Source: a virus
IMG/VR virus record: IMGVR_UViG_3300027963_000039
DNA length: 64,000 nucleotides
Direction: 5' to 3' (one strand)
Position 1 is the first letter of the stretch. Each line of letters begins with the position of its first letter. Position numbers and translations under genes: made by a program. This document shows, in pieces, positions 1-10,622 of the stretch. The notes under the pieces were generated by a model that was given only the letters and a program-made list of their open reading frames with translations, made no database searches and was not told the origin of the DNA.

Positions 1-2
1 TT

Positions 3-170
3 GAGGGTGCAATTCAATCTGCTTGTTGGTTTTGGGAAGCCAACAACCTAAATAAGTTTGCAGACTCAGGTGATATCAAAGGTATGACAAAGGTCATCAA
101 TGGCGGATATCTAGGTCTGGAAGATCGTGAGAAACACTATCATCATGCAATCGAAATACTAAGTTCTTAA
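3..170 (+). CDS. Glycoside hydrolase family 19 endolysin, C-terminal part (truncated by window)
   Basis: Manual translation EGAIQSACWFWEANNLNKFADSGDIKGMTKVINGGYLGLEDREKHY has the GH19 SAxWFW and INGG..GL..R motifs. Confidence 0.85.
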   Translation, partial: EGAIQSACWFWEANNLNKFADSGDIKGMTKVINGGYLGLEDREKHYHHAIEILSS

Positions 171-247
171 ATAAATTTTTTGCGAATTTTATAAATGGCA
201 CCTTTGGAGTATGTTATGAACTATCTTACTAAGGGAAATTATAAAAA

Positions 248-742
248 ATGCAATCAAAAAAGTACGGTAAAATATTCGCTGCCGCATTATTAGTATTCTC
301 AACATTCACATATGCTGATGCAATCGTAACAGATTCCACATCAAGAAGTTATAGTGATTCAAATTCAACAACAACGGTAAAATCTCCGCCTCCAACAGCC
401 GTTGCGCCAACAATTACATCTATCAATAACGATTTATGTATTGTTGGCGCTTCTGGTGCAGTTCAGACACAAATCTTGGGTATGTCGTTCGGTACGACCA
501 CAAGAGATATGAATTGTGAAAGAATCAAGCTATCTAAAAATCTATATGATATGGGTATGAAGGTAGCCGCAGTTGCAACTCTATGCCAAGACGAAAGAGT
601 TTTCATTGCAATGATGAACGCAGGAACACCTTGCCCAATCGATGGCAAGATTGGTACTGAAGCAAGAGAATTGTGGGAACAAAATCCTTCCCGTCAGCCA
701 AAAAATTCAGAAGAAAAATCTGTAGTAACAAATCGTAAATAA
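248..742 (+). CDS. Secreted Cys-containing protein
   Basis: N-terminal signal peptide; several Cys; stop overlaps the start of the next gene. Confidence 0.7.
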   Translation: MQSKKYGKIFAAALLVFSTFTYADAIVTDSTSRSYSDSNSTTTVKSPPPTAVAPTITSINNDLCIVGASGAVQTQILGMSFGTTTRDMNCERIKLSKNLYDMGMKVAAVATLCQDERVFIAMMNAGTPCPIDGKIGTEARELWEQNPSRQPKNSEEKSVVTNRK

Positions 743-2436
743 TGAAAAGCCTTTTGTTATGTCTGGCATTTTTTTGTGTTGGTGCTAATGCTCAGATAGT
801 TTCTATACCAATTCCTGGAAGTCCACTTTCGTTAAGTGTGCTTGCTAATCCTCAGCCTTTACAGGAACTAAAAAACAATCCATCAGCAACTGCTCACTAT
901 CTAGGAGATGATGGTTGGGCAAATGTACCGCTGCCATTTGCTTTCCCCTTCTACGGACAATCATTCAATGCATCTACCATGTATAGTAATGGTGCAGTAC
1001 AGTTTGGTGCAAATCGTTCCGCTTCTAATAACAGTTTTTGTTGTGCGGGGTTGCAACTCTCCTCATCAATGGGTCCACAATATAACTATTCCATAATGCC
1101 ATTATGGACCGACTTGATTGGTGCTGAGGGAAACAATCACTACACACTAGGAACAACCAACTCTATGACCTATGGATGGTATGGGGTTCAACAGTACGGC
1201 AGACCTGACAGTAGAAGCAGTTTTGAATTGAAGGTTGATTCCTCTGGTGGTATCGATATGCGATGGTCTGGTGCTATGGTAACTGCACATCCTGTGACCA
1301 TCGGAACGATTGGTAATTCTGCACTGGGTGAATTCACACAAAACTATTTCGGTCCATCAGGTATCAACATTACTAATCCCACTCAGCTTAGTACCGGCGG
1401 TATCGATATGTGTCTTTTGAGTCCTTTAAGTTCACCAACGTGTGCTGGTTATCAAGAAGCGTACAGAACACAACAATGTACAATTAATGTGTTATATGAC
1501 CAGTCTTGTCCTGGTTATCAAATGGCATATTTCAATCAACAATGTTCAATCAATCCTCTGTATAATATAGACTGTCTAGGTTATGCACCAGCATATCTAA
1601 ATGCACAATGCAGGTCAAATCCACTATATTCAACTACATGTGAAGGATATGAACAAGCATATTTAAATGCTGAATGTATTAAAGATTCTTTGTATAGTAA
1701 ATTATGTTCTGGTTATGCAACAGCTTATGCAATTAAGTATCTTGTTCCAAATATTGATTCAACAGCAGTAAACTCATCTTTATCCTCTACAGCTGCAACC
1801 AGAGCGAGTGATCCAACTAGCATCAATACAAACGGTAGAGTATCAACTACCATGGCATCCACAACAATAAACAATGATGGTTCGATATCAACAGGCGTAT
1901 CACCAACAGGTAATAGTAATGTTGATTCTGTCATACAGAATAGAGCGACCTCAGCAACAGGAACATCTCCTGCCGCAGCAGTTCAATTATCTCCACAACC
2001 ACCACAAAACACACCTACAGCTCAGAGACAAGAACAAAAACCTGAAGGTGGGCAACAAAATGCTCAAGGTGGTTCTCAACAAGATAAAAAAGATCAACCT
2101 AAAAGTGCGAGACAAGAATTACAAGAACGTAGAGAAGCTGCAGCTAAAAAAGAGGCTGTTGAAAAATCGAAAGACTTAGCTAATCAAATGTCTCAAGCTG
2201 AAAGTATGCAACAACAAGTTGCTGTTCAAAATATTGTAATACAAGCGATGGGATTTACTCCAGGTTTCGATGTGTACAACAGAACAATTGTTCCTGATGG
2301 AAAAATGTATCGACCATACACCGTTTACAATAATCAACAAAACGTTGACAATCGTAGAGCAAATATTGGTTTGTTCGGAACAACAAATTCAAAATATGAA
2401 GAATTGTTAAATTCACAATATGAGGTAGGAAAATAA
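742..2436 (+). CDS. Secreted protein with NIDO-like N-terminal region, five Cys repeats and a Q/E/K-rich tail
   Basis: Signal peptide; LPFAFPFYG..SNG..IMPLWTDL is NIDO-like; five approximately 22-aa CxxxPLYxxxCxGYxxAY repeats. Confidence 0.65.
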   Translation: MKSLLLCLAFFCVGANAQIVSIPIPGSPLSLSVLANPQPLQELKNNPSATAHYLGDDGWANVPLPFAFPFYGQSFNASTMYSNGAVQFGANRSASNNSFCCAGLQLSSSMGPQYNYSIMPLWTDLIGAEGNNHYTLGTTNSMTYGWYGVQQYGRPDSRSSFELKVDSSGGIDMRWSGAMVTAHPVTIGTIGNSALGEFTQNYFGPSGINITNPTQLSTGGIDMCLLSPLSSPTCAGYQEAYRTQQCTINVLYDQSCPGYQMAYFNQQCSINPLYNIDCLGYAPAYLNAQCRSNPLYSTTCEGYEQAYLNAECIKDSLYSKLCSGYATAYAIKYLVPNIDSTAVNSSLSSTAATRASDPTSINTNGRVSTTMASTTINNDGSISTGVSPTGNSNVDSVIQNRATSATGTSPAAAVQLSPQPPQNTPTAQRQEQKPEGGQQNAQGGSQQDKKDQPKSARQELQERREAAAKKEAVEKSKDLANQMSQAESMQQQVAVQNIVIQAMGFTPGFDVYNRTIVPDGKMYRPYTVYNNQQNVDNRRANIGLFGTTNSKYEELLNSQYEVGK

Positions 2437-2437
2437 A

Positions 2438-2563
2438 ATGGCAGCAACAGCTTTTGTTATTGGTTTTTTTACAGCATTAGGTTGGTGGTCTGCTGGAAAA
2501 ATAACCAAAACGATTGACACTCCACCAACAATAACACAACAAGAAAATCAAAAGGAAAAATAA
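2438..2563 (+). CDS. Small membrane protein (41 aa)
   Basis: Manual ORF MAATAFVIGFFTALGWWSAGK... with an AGGA RBS, filling the gap between two genes. Confidence 0.55.
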   Translation: MAATAFVIGFFTALGWWSAGKITKTIDTPPTITQQENQKEK

Positions 2564-2564
2564 A

Positions 2565-3164
2565 ATGTCAGAAGAAATCAAAGACGTTAATGCAAAAATT
2601 GATGAATTGGAAGCTGCAACTAAAAAGTATGCTAGCAAAGATACAGTCATCAGCATTGGTGGCTATGAATTTACCCCTGCAAAATTAATGGTTGCATTTA
2701 CTATTGTATCATCAACACTTGGTGGTCTCTATGGTGCATTTGAAGTTTATAAAGATTATCAAAGCATGAAGAAGAAGATTGCTGATTATGTTACTCCTGA
2801 TTTAACAGAAATCTATAAAAAGATGGATGTGTTGGATGCAAACACAAGCAAAATGACTGAATATACTAATAACATCAAGAACGATCTTAAACAAGATGTT
2901 CGTAGAGTTGAATCTGTAGTTGAAAACATTGAGAGATCCACAAAATCTAATCAAAGAGATACTGACCAAACAATCAAAGAAATAAAAAAAGACTCTGATG
3001 CAACTTTAAAAGAAGTTAGAAGATATAGTGATCAGAGTGTTAAAGAAGTTACACAAGAATTGGTTAAGAATCAAAAAGAAACAACGGCAGAAATTCGTGC
3101 GTTGAGAAACGAAGTTGATATGAAGATTAAAAGAGCTCTAGACAACCCACTTTCAAAAGACTGA
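2565..3164 (+). CDS. Single-TM coiled-coil protein
   Basis: One hydrophobic segment followed by a long heptad-rich region. Confidence 0.65.
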   Translation: MSEEIKDVNAKIDELEAATKKYASKDTVISIGGYEFTPAKLMVAFTIVSSTLGGLYGAFEVYKDYQSMKKKIADYVTPDLTEIYKKMDVLDANTSKMTEYTNNIKNDLKQDVRRVESVVENIERSTKSNQRDTDQTIKEIKKDSDATLKEVRRYSDQSVKEVTQELVKNQKETTAEIRALRNEVDMKIKRALDNPLSKD

Positions 3165-3272
3165 AATATTACTTCAAATAAATAATGTATAGTCCATACA
3201 TTTTTTTCGATATGTGGATACAATATTCACTAGAAGTGTATTTTTTACCATATAAAATAATTGGAATTCAAA

Positions 3273-3812
3273 ATGGCAGATAGTAAACCATTATCCCGCT
3301 CAGAGCGGGAAGCACTAATAAAAGATAAAGCTGGTTGGGTTATCACGGTACTAGCAGCATTACTTGCTATCAACACCCTAATGGGTGGAAGTAATTCAAG
3401 TAAGGTATTGAATAACACCATTGAAGCAAACAACACTTGGGCATTTTACCAGGCAAAATCTATCAAACAAACCCTCGCAGAAATGGCATATGATGATGCT
3501 ACTAGAGCTAAAGATACAAAAAAGGCAGAATTTCTAAAGGCTAAGATTGATCGTTACGATAATGAGCCGAATGAAGGCAAAAAAGATTTAATGGCAAAAG
3601 CCAGAAAATTAGAGTCCGAAAGAGCTGTTGCCAAATCACGTAGTCCGTGGTATACTTATGCGGGCAGCTTATTCCAAATCGCTATCGTGTTGCTTACCGC
3701 TAGTATTTTGGCAGTTAATAATAGATTATATCACGCCAGTATTGGTGTTGGTATTTTAGGTGCAGTATTAATGAGTCAAGCCGTTTGGCTTTGGATACCT
3801 ATCGTAATATAA
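3273..3812 (+). CDS. DUF4337-like membrane protein
   Basis: WAFYQAKSIK motif and three TM segments. Confidence 0.7.
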   Translation: MADSKPLSRSEREALIKDKAGWVITVLAALLAINTLMGGSNSSKVLNNTIEANNTWAFYQAKSIKQTLAEMAYDDATRAKDTKKAEFLKAKIDRYDNEPNEGKKDLMAKARKLESERAVAKSRSPWYTYAGSLFQIAIVLLTASILAVNNRLYHASIGVGILGAVLMSQAVWLWIPIVI

Positions 3813-3827
3813 AAAAAGGATTTTATT

Positions 3828-4520
3828 ATGGAAAGAAGATTGATTTTTTTTAGTGGTGGACTGGATAGCACAGCTCTATTAACTCTATCCACACCTGATG
3901 ATATTATAGTTACGATTATTGATACTCCAGGAAATAAAGTAAATTGGTTCCACGATGTTGATATTGCGAAAGTTAAGAAAATTGCTAAACATTTTAATAG
4001 ATTTATTTATTTTAATCCTGTTCATATACCTGTTGCCGAAATTGAAAAGGGTCAAGGCGTAGAACAAACAAACGTTATGTTTTCAATTGCAAATAATTGG
4101 GCGAGAATAAAGGGAGAAAGTTTAAAAGAGGTTTGGTGGGGAGTATATGATTCCGAGATGGAACATAATTTGGATAATAAAAAGTTGAGGCGAGATTGGT
4201 TTAAAGCATGGGAAATATTACATCCAAATATTAAATTTCATAATCCCTTTGGACATTTACATAAATCTGATTGTTGGAAAATGATTCCAGACCAAGTTAA
4301 ACCTTTAGTGCATGTTTGCCGAGCAATTCCAAAAGGAAATATTGAAACTTGTATTTGTAATAAGTGTAATAGACATAGAAGAGCTATAACTCCGGGATCA
4401 TATTCTGGCAGTTATCACCGAAAGATTATACCGGAAGGCAAATATAAAGGAGATTTTATTGCCTACGACCCGTCTGGTGAAAGTAATATAACATATCTTT
4501 TAAGAGCAGAGGAACAATAA
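3828..4520 (+). CDS. PP-loop ATPase, QueC-like
   Basis: FFSGGLDS PP-loop, NPF..K..C motif and C-terminal C..CxCxxC cluster. Confidence 0.65.
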   Translation: MERRLIFFSGGLDSTALLTLSTPDDIIVTIIDTPGNKVNWFHDVDIAKVKKIAKHFNRFIYFNPVHIPVAEIEKGQGVEQTNVMFSIANNWARIKGESLKEVWWGVYDSEMEHNLDNKKLRRDWFKAWEILHPNIKFHNPFGHLHKSDCWKMIPDQVKPLVHVCRAIPKGNIETCICNKCNRHRRAITPGSYSGSYHRKIIPEGKYKGDFIAYDPSGESNITYLLRAEEQ

Positions 4521-4892
4521 ATGGCTGAAATAAAAAAAGAGGAAGATTGGATGCAAAAGAAGTGGCGTCCAGCCATGGGTTGGATGTACATGATTATTTG
4601 TACATTGGACATGGGTGTATTTCCAATATTGTGGAGTTTGTTGCAGGTGTTTACACACCAATCCATCACACAATGGAATCCATTAACACTACAAGGCGCT
4701 GGACTGTTTCACCTTGCTATGGGTGCTGTTCTTGGTATTGCTGCTTGGGGTAGAACCCAAGAAAAATTAGGTGGTGCAACAACTGTTTCGACTGCTGTAC
4801 CTGAATCAATACCGGCACCAAAGCCAATCAGTATGCCAATGAGTTCACCTACACCACTAGGACCAACTCCATCAAATCAACCTGCTATCTGA
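4521..4892 (+). CDS. Putative holin (3TM gene-transfer-release holin-like)
   Basis: KWRPAMGW motif, hydrophobic segments and LG...GRTQEK. Confidence 0.6.
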   Translation: MAEIKKEEDWMQKKWRPAMGWMYMIICTLDMGVFPILWSLLQVFTHQSITQWNPLTLQGAGLFHLAMGAVLGIAAWGRTQEKLGGATTVSTAVPESIPAPKPISMPMSSPTPLGPTPSNQPAI

Positions 4893-4902
4893 AAGTAGAA
4901 CA

Positions 4903-5094
4903 ATGAAAAAAATCTTAATCGTTTTAAACATCTTAATCTGGTCTTTAGTTGGTTACCAAACATCCGTTTATGCTGCCGAAACAAAAAAGGTATGTAAGAC
5001 TAATGCAAAAGGTAAAGAAGTTTGCAAAAATGTAAAAATCCACAAGAAATTTGATGGTACCAAAGTACCGGATAAAAAAGACAAGAAGAAATAA
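4903..5094 (+). CDS. Small secreted basic protein
   Basis: Signal peptide, two Cys, Lys-rich. Confidence 0.55.
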   Translation: MKKILIVLNILIWSLVGYQTSVYAAETKKVCKTNAKGKEVCKNVKIHKKFDGTKVPDKKDKKK

Positions 5095-5095
5095 A

Positions 5096-5503
5096 ATGGC
5101 AGACGAAGATGTTAAAGTGGACATTGGTGTTTTAAAGACTCAAGTGTTGACATTATCAGCATTATGTAATAAAATGGATCAAGTTATCGAAAAACTTGTG
5201 GATCAACACGACAGACACATATCGAAAGTATATACCGACATGGACATCAGAAGAAGGGAAACGGACGCAGATATCAAAGAACTGCACAGCAGAATTGATA
5301 CTGTTCTCGATAAACTGTCCGAACAAAATGAAAAAATTATGGAAGAATTTAAATTTCTTAGAAAAGAAATGTCTAACCATAACTCGCAAGAAAAAGAACA
5401 ACTAGATAAACTTCTACAATGGAAGTGGATGATTGCTGGTGGTGTGCTTGTTCTGTCTTGGTTGGTTTCACATGTAAAATTAGACACAGTATTTTTTAAA
5501 TAA
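5096..5503 (+). CDS. Coiled-coil protein with C-terminal TM, upstream of primase
   Basis: Heptad-rich with a C-terminal hydrophobic segment; T4-like synteny. Confidence 0.6.
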   Translation: MADEDVKVDIGVLKTQVLTLSALCNKMDQVIEKLVDQHDRHISKVYTDMDIRRRETDADIKELHSRIDTVLDKLSEQNEKIMEEFKFLRKEMSNHNSQEKEQLDKLLQWKWMIAGGVLVLSWLVSHVKLDTVFFK

Positions 5504-5528
5504 TTTTCTCCGTTTGAATTAATATATT

Positions 5529-6545
5529 ATGAGTGTTTTCATCGACAGGAATTTCCTGTTACAACTTTCGCCCAAATTGCCGAGATTTTCCCAAAAAAAG
5601 GATGATCTCTACAATTTCAGGTGTCCGCTCTGTGGCGACTCACAGAAAAATAAAACCAAATGCCGTGGATACGTGTATCGCAAAAAGAATGATTATTTCT
5701 ATATGTGTCATAATTGCGGCGTGTCTACCACATTCTTCAATTTTCTGAAGCAAGTGGATCCTTCCCTTGTGCAAGAATATCAACTAGAGAGATACAAAAA
5801 CGGTGAATCTGGCCATAGTAACTTTGAGAAGCCTGAATTCGAAGAAGTTAAAACATCCAAACCAGTATTCAAAGAATCTTTACAGCTTCCGTCAATTGAT
5901 TCTCTACCAGAAGCACATTTTGCCAAGGTTTATGTGCAACAAAGAAAGATTCCTGAAAACCTACAAACACAGTTATACTACGCAGAAGATTTTGCAGACT
6001 TTGTGCAGGGTTTGGGAATTGAAAAAGACAATCTACATAAAAATGATAAACGTCTTGTAATACCATTCTATGATAAAGGCAAAAAACTTATAGCGATTCA
6101 AGGCAGATCATTGGGTGAATCCAAACTCAGATATATAACAATTAAATTACATGATGATAACAAAAAGATTTATGGATTAGACAGACTGAATCCAGAAATT
6201 TCTAGAATTTATGTAGTTGAAGGTCCTATCGATTCTATGTTTTTGGAAAACGCCGTTGCAACAGCAGACTCTAATTTGGAATCGATTGCGGACACACTGG
6301 ATAAGTCTAAGGTAGTTTTAATCTTTGATAACGAACCCCGCAACAAGGAAATAGTGAAACAGATGGAACATGCCATCGACAACCACTTTAATGTTGTTAT
6401 TTGGCCAGAAATGATTGTTGAAAAAGATATTAATGATATGGTATTGAATGGATTCTCACCAGACGAAATTCAAGATATTATAGATAAAAATACCTTCATT
6501 AATTTGAGAGCAAAATTTGAATTTATTAATTGGAAGAAGGTGTAA
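5529..6545 (+). CDS. gp61: DNA primase (T4 gp61-like)
   Basis: Zn finger CPLCGDS...CHNC; TOPRIM motifs EGPIDS, DNEPRN, KDIND. Confidence 0.97.
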   Translation: MSVFIDRNFLLQLSPKLPRFSQKKDDLYNFRCPLCGDSQKNKTKCRGYVYRKKNDYFYMCHNCGVSTTFFNFLKQVDPSLVQEYQLERYKNGESGHSNFEKPEFEEVKTSKPVFKESLQLPSIDSLPEAHFAKVYVQQRKIPENLQTQLYYAEDFADFVQGLGIEKDNLHKNDKRLVIPFYDKGKKLIAIQGRSLGESKLRYITIKLHDDNKKIYGLDRLNPEISRIYVVEGPIDSMFLENAVATADSNLESIADTLDKSKVVLIFDNEPRNKEIVKQMEHAIDNHFNVVIWPEMIVEKDINDMVLNGFSPDEIQDIIDKNTFINLRAKFEFINWKKV

Positions 6546-6546
6546 T

Positions 6547-7473
6547 ATGGAAACTACAGTATATGATCTACCAGAGTTGGAATACTTGGTTAGAGAATTT
6601 GATAGAAAATATGTTGAGAGTGGATTGACTTATGGTTGGAAATCCGAAACAAAAAAAGAATATGATTTTGGCCACTGGAATAAAGTTGTATTGAAATCCA
6701 ATAAACAATTTGTATTTGATAATGCAAAATTGCCTTTTATTAAAAAACATCCTGAAGTTGAAACAATTTGGAACATTGTCCAGTCAAAAATTGGTCGTAG
6801 AAAATTATTAAGAGCTTATGTCAACGGTTACACTTACGGAACTGATGCATATTTTCATAGAGATGATGGATGGATTTCGGAAATATACGGTCAAGGAATT
6901 TTGACAGAAACAGTTATAGTTTATTTGAATGATAAATGGGATGCCGATTGGGCAGGAGAGACTGTTATACTAGATGAATCTGGAGAAATCGAAAAATCTG
7001 TATTGCCTAAGAAGAATAGAGTATTGATTTTTGATTCGAATAAACTTCATGCTGCAAGACCACTCACAAGAGCTTGTGCTGAACTAAGAAAGGTTTTAGT
7101 GTTTAAAACTATCGATTATAATATTCAAACTAAAGAAGTTGATTTTATTCATAAGTTGACATTAAATGATCCTAGACTATTTTATGTTTCATTTAAAATG
7201 TCTATTGCTTTGGATGAAAGATTACAGAGTAAAGATGTATGTCTAGCTGCACTATATCATGCTGTGTACACTTATCCAAATATTGAGCGACAGACCGTTA
7301 AAGATTTAATTGGTGAATCTGCTGAACAATTAGTATATGAATATCACAACAAATTAAATATGGAAAATAAAGATTTAATGTATATTGAATTTGCAAAACT
7401 TATGCGTACAAATAAAGATGGTGTTCACAATGAGACTTTGAATACATTATGGAGAAAACTAAATGAAAGTTGA
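6547..7473 (+). CDS. 2OG-Fe(II) oxygenase fused to an HD-like helical domain
   Basis: HRD...GET...H..R facial triad pattern; C-terminal AALYHAVY. Confidence 0.75.
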   Translation: METTVYDLPELEYLVREFDRKYVESGLTYGWKSETKKEYDFGHWNKVVLKSNKQFVFDNAKLPFIKKHPEVETIWNIVQSKIGRRKLLRAYVNGYTYGTDAYFHRDDGWISEIYGQGILTETVIVYLNDKWDADWAGETVILDESGEIEKSVLPKKNRVLIFDSNKLHAARPLTRACAELRKVLVFKTIDYNIQTKEVDFIHKLTLNDPRLFYVSFKMSIALDERLQSKDVCLAALYHAVYTYPNIERQTVKDLIGESAEQLVYEYHNKLNMENKDLMYIEFAKLMRTNKDGVHNETLNTLWRKLNES

Positions 7474-8152
7474 ACTGATTAATTATTCACAAACTTCACT
7501 TAGTGATGATGCTGGTAGAATCTTACCACAAAAGAGTTTATTAGAACAAATTGCATATGCAGCTCGAGTTTCAAATCCATCGAATCAAAATAACAATGAC
7601 ACAGCTGAAAAGTTGGTTCGTTATTTGATTAAACACGAACATTGGTCGCCACTTGAAATGGTGAATGTGTGTTTAGAGATAGAAACTACCCGTGATATTG
7701 CAAGACAAATTTTAAGACACCGTTCTTTTTCTTTCCAAGAATTTTCACAACGTTATGCTGATCCGACATCCGAACTTTCTTTTGTGATGAGAGAAGCACG
7801 TTTGCAAGATACCAAAAATAGACAAAATTCTATTGAAATTCCTGGTACTACAATAAAAGAACAAACATTGTTAGAAGAATGGAAATGGCATCAACAAGAT
7901 GTACTTAGAACAATAGATCACGCTTATAATTGGGCAATTTCAAATGGCATTGCTAAGGAACAAGCAAGAGCTGTATTGCCAGAGGGTATGACTGTATCTA
8001 GAATGTATATGAACGGAACGCTTCGGTCGTGGGTTCACTATATACAACTACGGAGTGGAATTGAAACACAAAAAGAACATCGTAAAGTAGCTCTTGCCTG
8101 CGCTGATGCGATTGAGCCAATTTTTCCGATGATTAAAGAATTTTTAAAATAA
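7463..8152 (+). CDS. thyX: Flavin-dependent thymidylate synthase
   Basis: HWSPLE and RHRSFSFQEFSQRY motifs. Confidence 0.97.
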   Translation: MKVELINYSQTSLSDDAGRILPQKSLLEQIAYAARVSNPSNQNNNDTAEKLVRYLIKHEHWSPLEMVNVCLEIETTRDIARQILRHRSFSFQEFSQRYADPTSELSFVMREARLQDTKNRQNSIEIPGTTIKEQTLLEEWKWHQQDVLRTIDHAYNWAISNGIAKEQARAVLPEGMTVSRMYMNGTLRSWVHYIQLRSGIETQKEHRKVALACADAIEPIFPMIKEFLK

Positions 8153-8169
8153 CAATAAGGCAAAAAAGT

Positions 8170-9987
8170 ATGATGGAATATCTAGGTATAAAAATCGATT
8201 TGGAGAGAGACAAACTCTTTGACGATCTGGGAATTAAAAGATTAAAAGAAAGTTACATGAGGGATGATGAAGAAAGTCCACAACACAGGTTCGCATTTGT
8301 ATCAAAAACCTTTTCAACAGATGAACAACACGCACAAAGACTGTACGAATATTCTAGTAAGCATTGGTTATCTTACAGCACTCCCATTCTTTCTTTTGGT
8401 CGCTCTAAGCGTGGTATGCCTATATCATGTTTCCTTAATTATATCGAAGATACTGCTGAAGGTCTAGTTGATAACCTATCTGAAACGAATTGGCTTAGCA
8501 TGCTGGGTGGCGGTGTTGGCATTGGCTTTGGTATTCGTTCAGCTGACGATAAATCTACTGGTGTTATGCCTCACCTCAAAATTTATGACGCATCTAGTTT
8601 GGCATATCGTCAGGGTCGCACTCGCCGTGGTAGTTATGCTGCTTACTTGTCTATTGACCATCCAGATATTATCTCTTTTCTAGAAATGCGTAAGCCTACA
8701 GGCGATCCAAATGTTCGTTGCTTGAATCTCCATCATGGTATCAATATCACCGATGACTTCATGCAAATAATTGAAAAATGCATGTTGGATCCGGAAGCCA
8801 ATGATGATTGGCAATTAAAAGATCCACATTCAGGTGAACTTAGGGAAGTTGTTTCAGCTAAACGTCTGTGGCAAGAAATTTTAGAATTACGTATGCATAC
8901 AGGTGAACCGTACATACACTATATTGATACAAGCAATAAAAAACTTCCGTATTGGTTAAAAGAAAAAGGATTAAAAGTCAATCAATCAAATCTTTGTTCG
9001 GAAATAATTTTACCGACAAATGAGGAAAGAACAGCCGTTTGCTGCCTATCTTCATTAAATTTGGAGAAGTATGATGAGTGGGAATCTAACAATTTATTTC
9101 TCAAAGACGTTGCCGAAATGCTTGATAATGTCCTCAATTACTTCATTGCTAATGCTCCTGATGTTATCAGCCGTGCAAAGTATAGTGCCGAAAGAGAACG
9201 TTCTATTGGTGTCGGTGCTCTTGGGTTCCATGCTTATCTACAACGTAACAATATTCCTTTTGAAGGCGTTATGGCCAAAGTCGTCAACAATAGAATTTTT
9301 AAACACATAAGAAAAGGTCTAGATGATGCAAATAAAATATTGGGGACGGAGAGAGGTGAAGCTCCTGATGCAACCGGTACTGGTTTCCGTTTTAGTCATC
9401 TTATGGCTGTTGCTCCCAATGCTTCTTCTTCCATTATCATGGGCAATACTTCTCCTAGCGTTGAACCTTATCGTGCCAATGCTTATCGCCAAGATACTTT
9501 ATCAGGTTCTCACCTAAACAAGAATCGTTGGTTAGATAAAGTCATTATGAAATATCTGGATCCAGAAGGTGGATCCGTTTTGACACCAAAAGGTGAACAA
9601 GAATATGCTGACATCTGGTCATCTATCATTGCTAATGATGGTTCGGTACAACACTTGACTTGGATGGACGAAAACACCAAAGCTGTGTTTAAAACATCAA
9701 TGGAAATTGATCAGCGTTGGGTAATTGATTTGGCCGCAGATAGACAAGAATACATCGACCAAGCACAATCGTTGAACTTGTTTTTCAGACCAGATTCGAA
9801 TATTAAATATATACATGCAATTCATTTTATGGCATGGAAAAAAGGATTAAAAACCCTATATTATTGCCGTAGTGAGAAATTAGCTAAAGCTGATAAAGTA
9901 TCTAAGAGAGTTGAAAGAGAAATTATTAAAGAATTAGATATGACACAAATTGCTCAGGGAAATGACTGTATAGCTTGCGAAGGATAA
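8170..9987 (+). CDS. nrdA: Ribonucleotide reductase class Ia alpha subunit, no ATP-cone
   Basis: SCFL, SNLCSEI, APNASSS, KTLYY and C-terminal CIACEG. Confidence 0.97.
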   Translation: MMEYLGIKIDLERDKLFDDLGIKRLKESYMRDDEESPQHRFAFVSKTFSTDEQHAQRLYEYSSKHWLSYSTPILSFGRSKRGMPISCFLNYIEDTAEGLVDNLSETNWLSMLGGGVGIGFGIRSADDKSTGVMPHLKIYDASSLAYRQGRTRRGSYAAYLSIDHPDIISFLEMRKPTGDPNVRCLNLHHGINITDDFMQIIEKCMLDPEANDDWQLKDPHSGELREVVSAKRLWQEILELRMHTGEPYIHYIDTSNKKLPYWLKEKGLKVNQSNLCSEIILPTNEERTAVCCLSSLNLEKYDEWESNNLFLKDVAEMLDNVLNYFIANAPDVISRAKYSAERERSIGVGALGFHAYLQRNNIPFEGVMAKVVNNRIFKHIRKGLDDANKILGTERGEAPDATGTGFRFSHLMAVAPNASSSIIMGNTSPSVEPYRANAYRQDTLSGSHLNKNRWLDKVIMKYLDPEGGSVLTPKGEQEYADIWSSIIANDGSVQHLTWMDENTKAVFKTSMEIDQRWVIDLAADRQEYIDQAQSLNLFFRPDSNIKYIHAIHFMAWKKGLKTLYYCRSEKLAKADKVSKRVEREIIKELDMTQIAQGNDCIACEG

Positions 9988-9989
9988 AG

Positions 9990-10622
9990 ATGTTTAAAGA
10001 AATTACAGAAACGTTAAGACAACAAAGATGGGACGACCATCGATATTACCATCACAGTAGAATCAATCAATTTCTACATTTAATTAGTGCAACATCATTT
10101 TTGGTTGCATATGTTTATTTGTTTATTGATCCTATTATAAGTGCTTATATTGCTTGGTTAATTTCAATGACATCACGGCAAATTGGTCATTTTGTTTTTG
10201 AACCTAAAAGTTATGATGAATATAATAAAGCTACACAAGAATACAAAGAAGAAATTAAAATAGGTTATAATTTAAATCGTAAACGGGTTTTGATGAGTCT
10301 GTTTGTTTTGATACCTATTCTTGCATATTTTGATTTTGCATTTATGAATTACATGGTTCCGGATCAAAACACAGAAACATTTTTAAATCGACTTGGTATT
10401 GGTTGGTTTTGGCTGGGCATTTCTGCTATCTTATTCAGAATGATCCAACTAACGATATTTCAAAGTTTTAAAGTTGCATTTGTTTGGTGCTTGAAAATTG
10501 TTACGGATCCAATACATGATCTATGGATTTATAGAAAATCACCATACTACTTGATGCGTGGTGAGTTAATAGATAAAGATTTAAAACAAGATTACGAATT
10601 AGAAATAGGTATTAAAAAATGA
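9990..10622 (+). CDS. Integral membrane protein with His motifs (DUF962/Mpo1-like)
   Basis: DDHRYYHHSRINQFLH and RQIGHFVFE motifs; several TM segments. Confidence 0.6.
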   Translation: MFKEITETLRQQRWDDHRYYHHSRINQFLHLISATSFLVAYVYLFIDPIISAYIAWLISMTSRQIGHFVFEPKSYDEYNKATQEYKEEIKIGYNLNRKRVLMSLFVLIPILAYFDFAFMNYMVPDQNTETFLNRLGIGWFWLGISAILFRMIQLTIFQSFKVAFVWCLKIVTDPIHDLWIYRKSPYYLMRGELIDKDLKQDYELEIGIKK

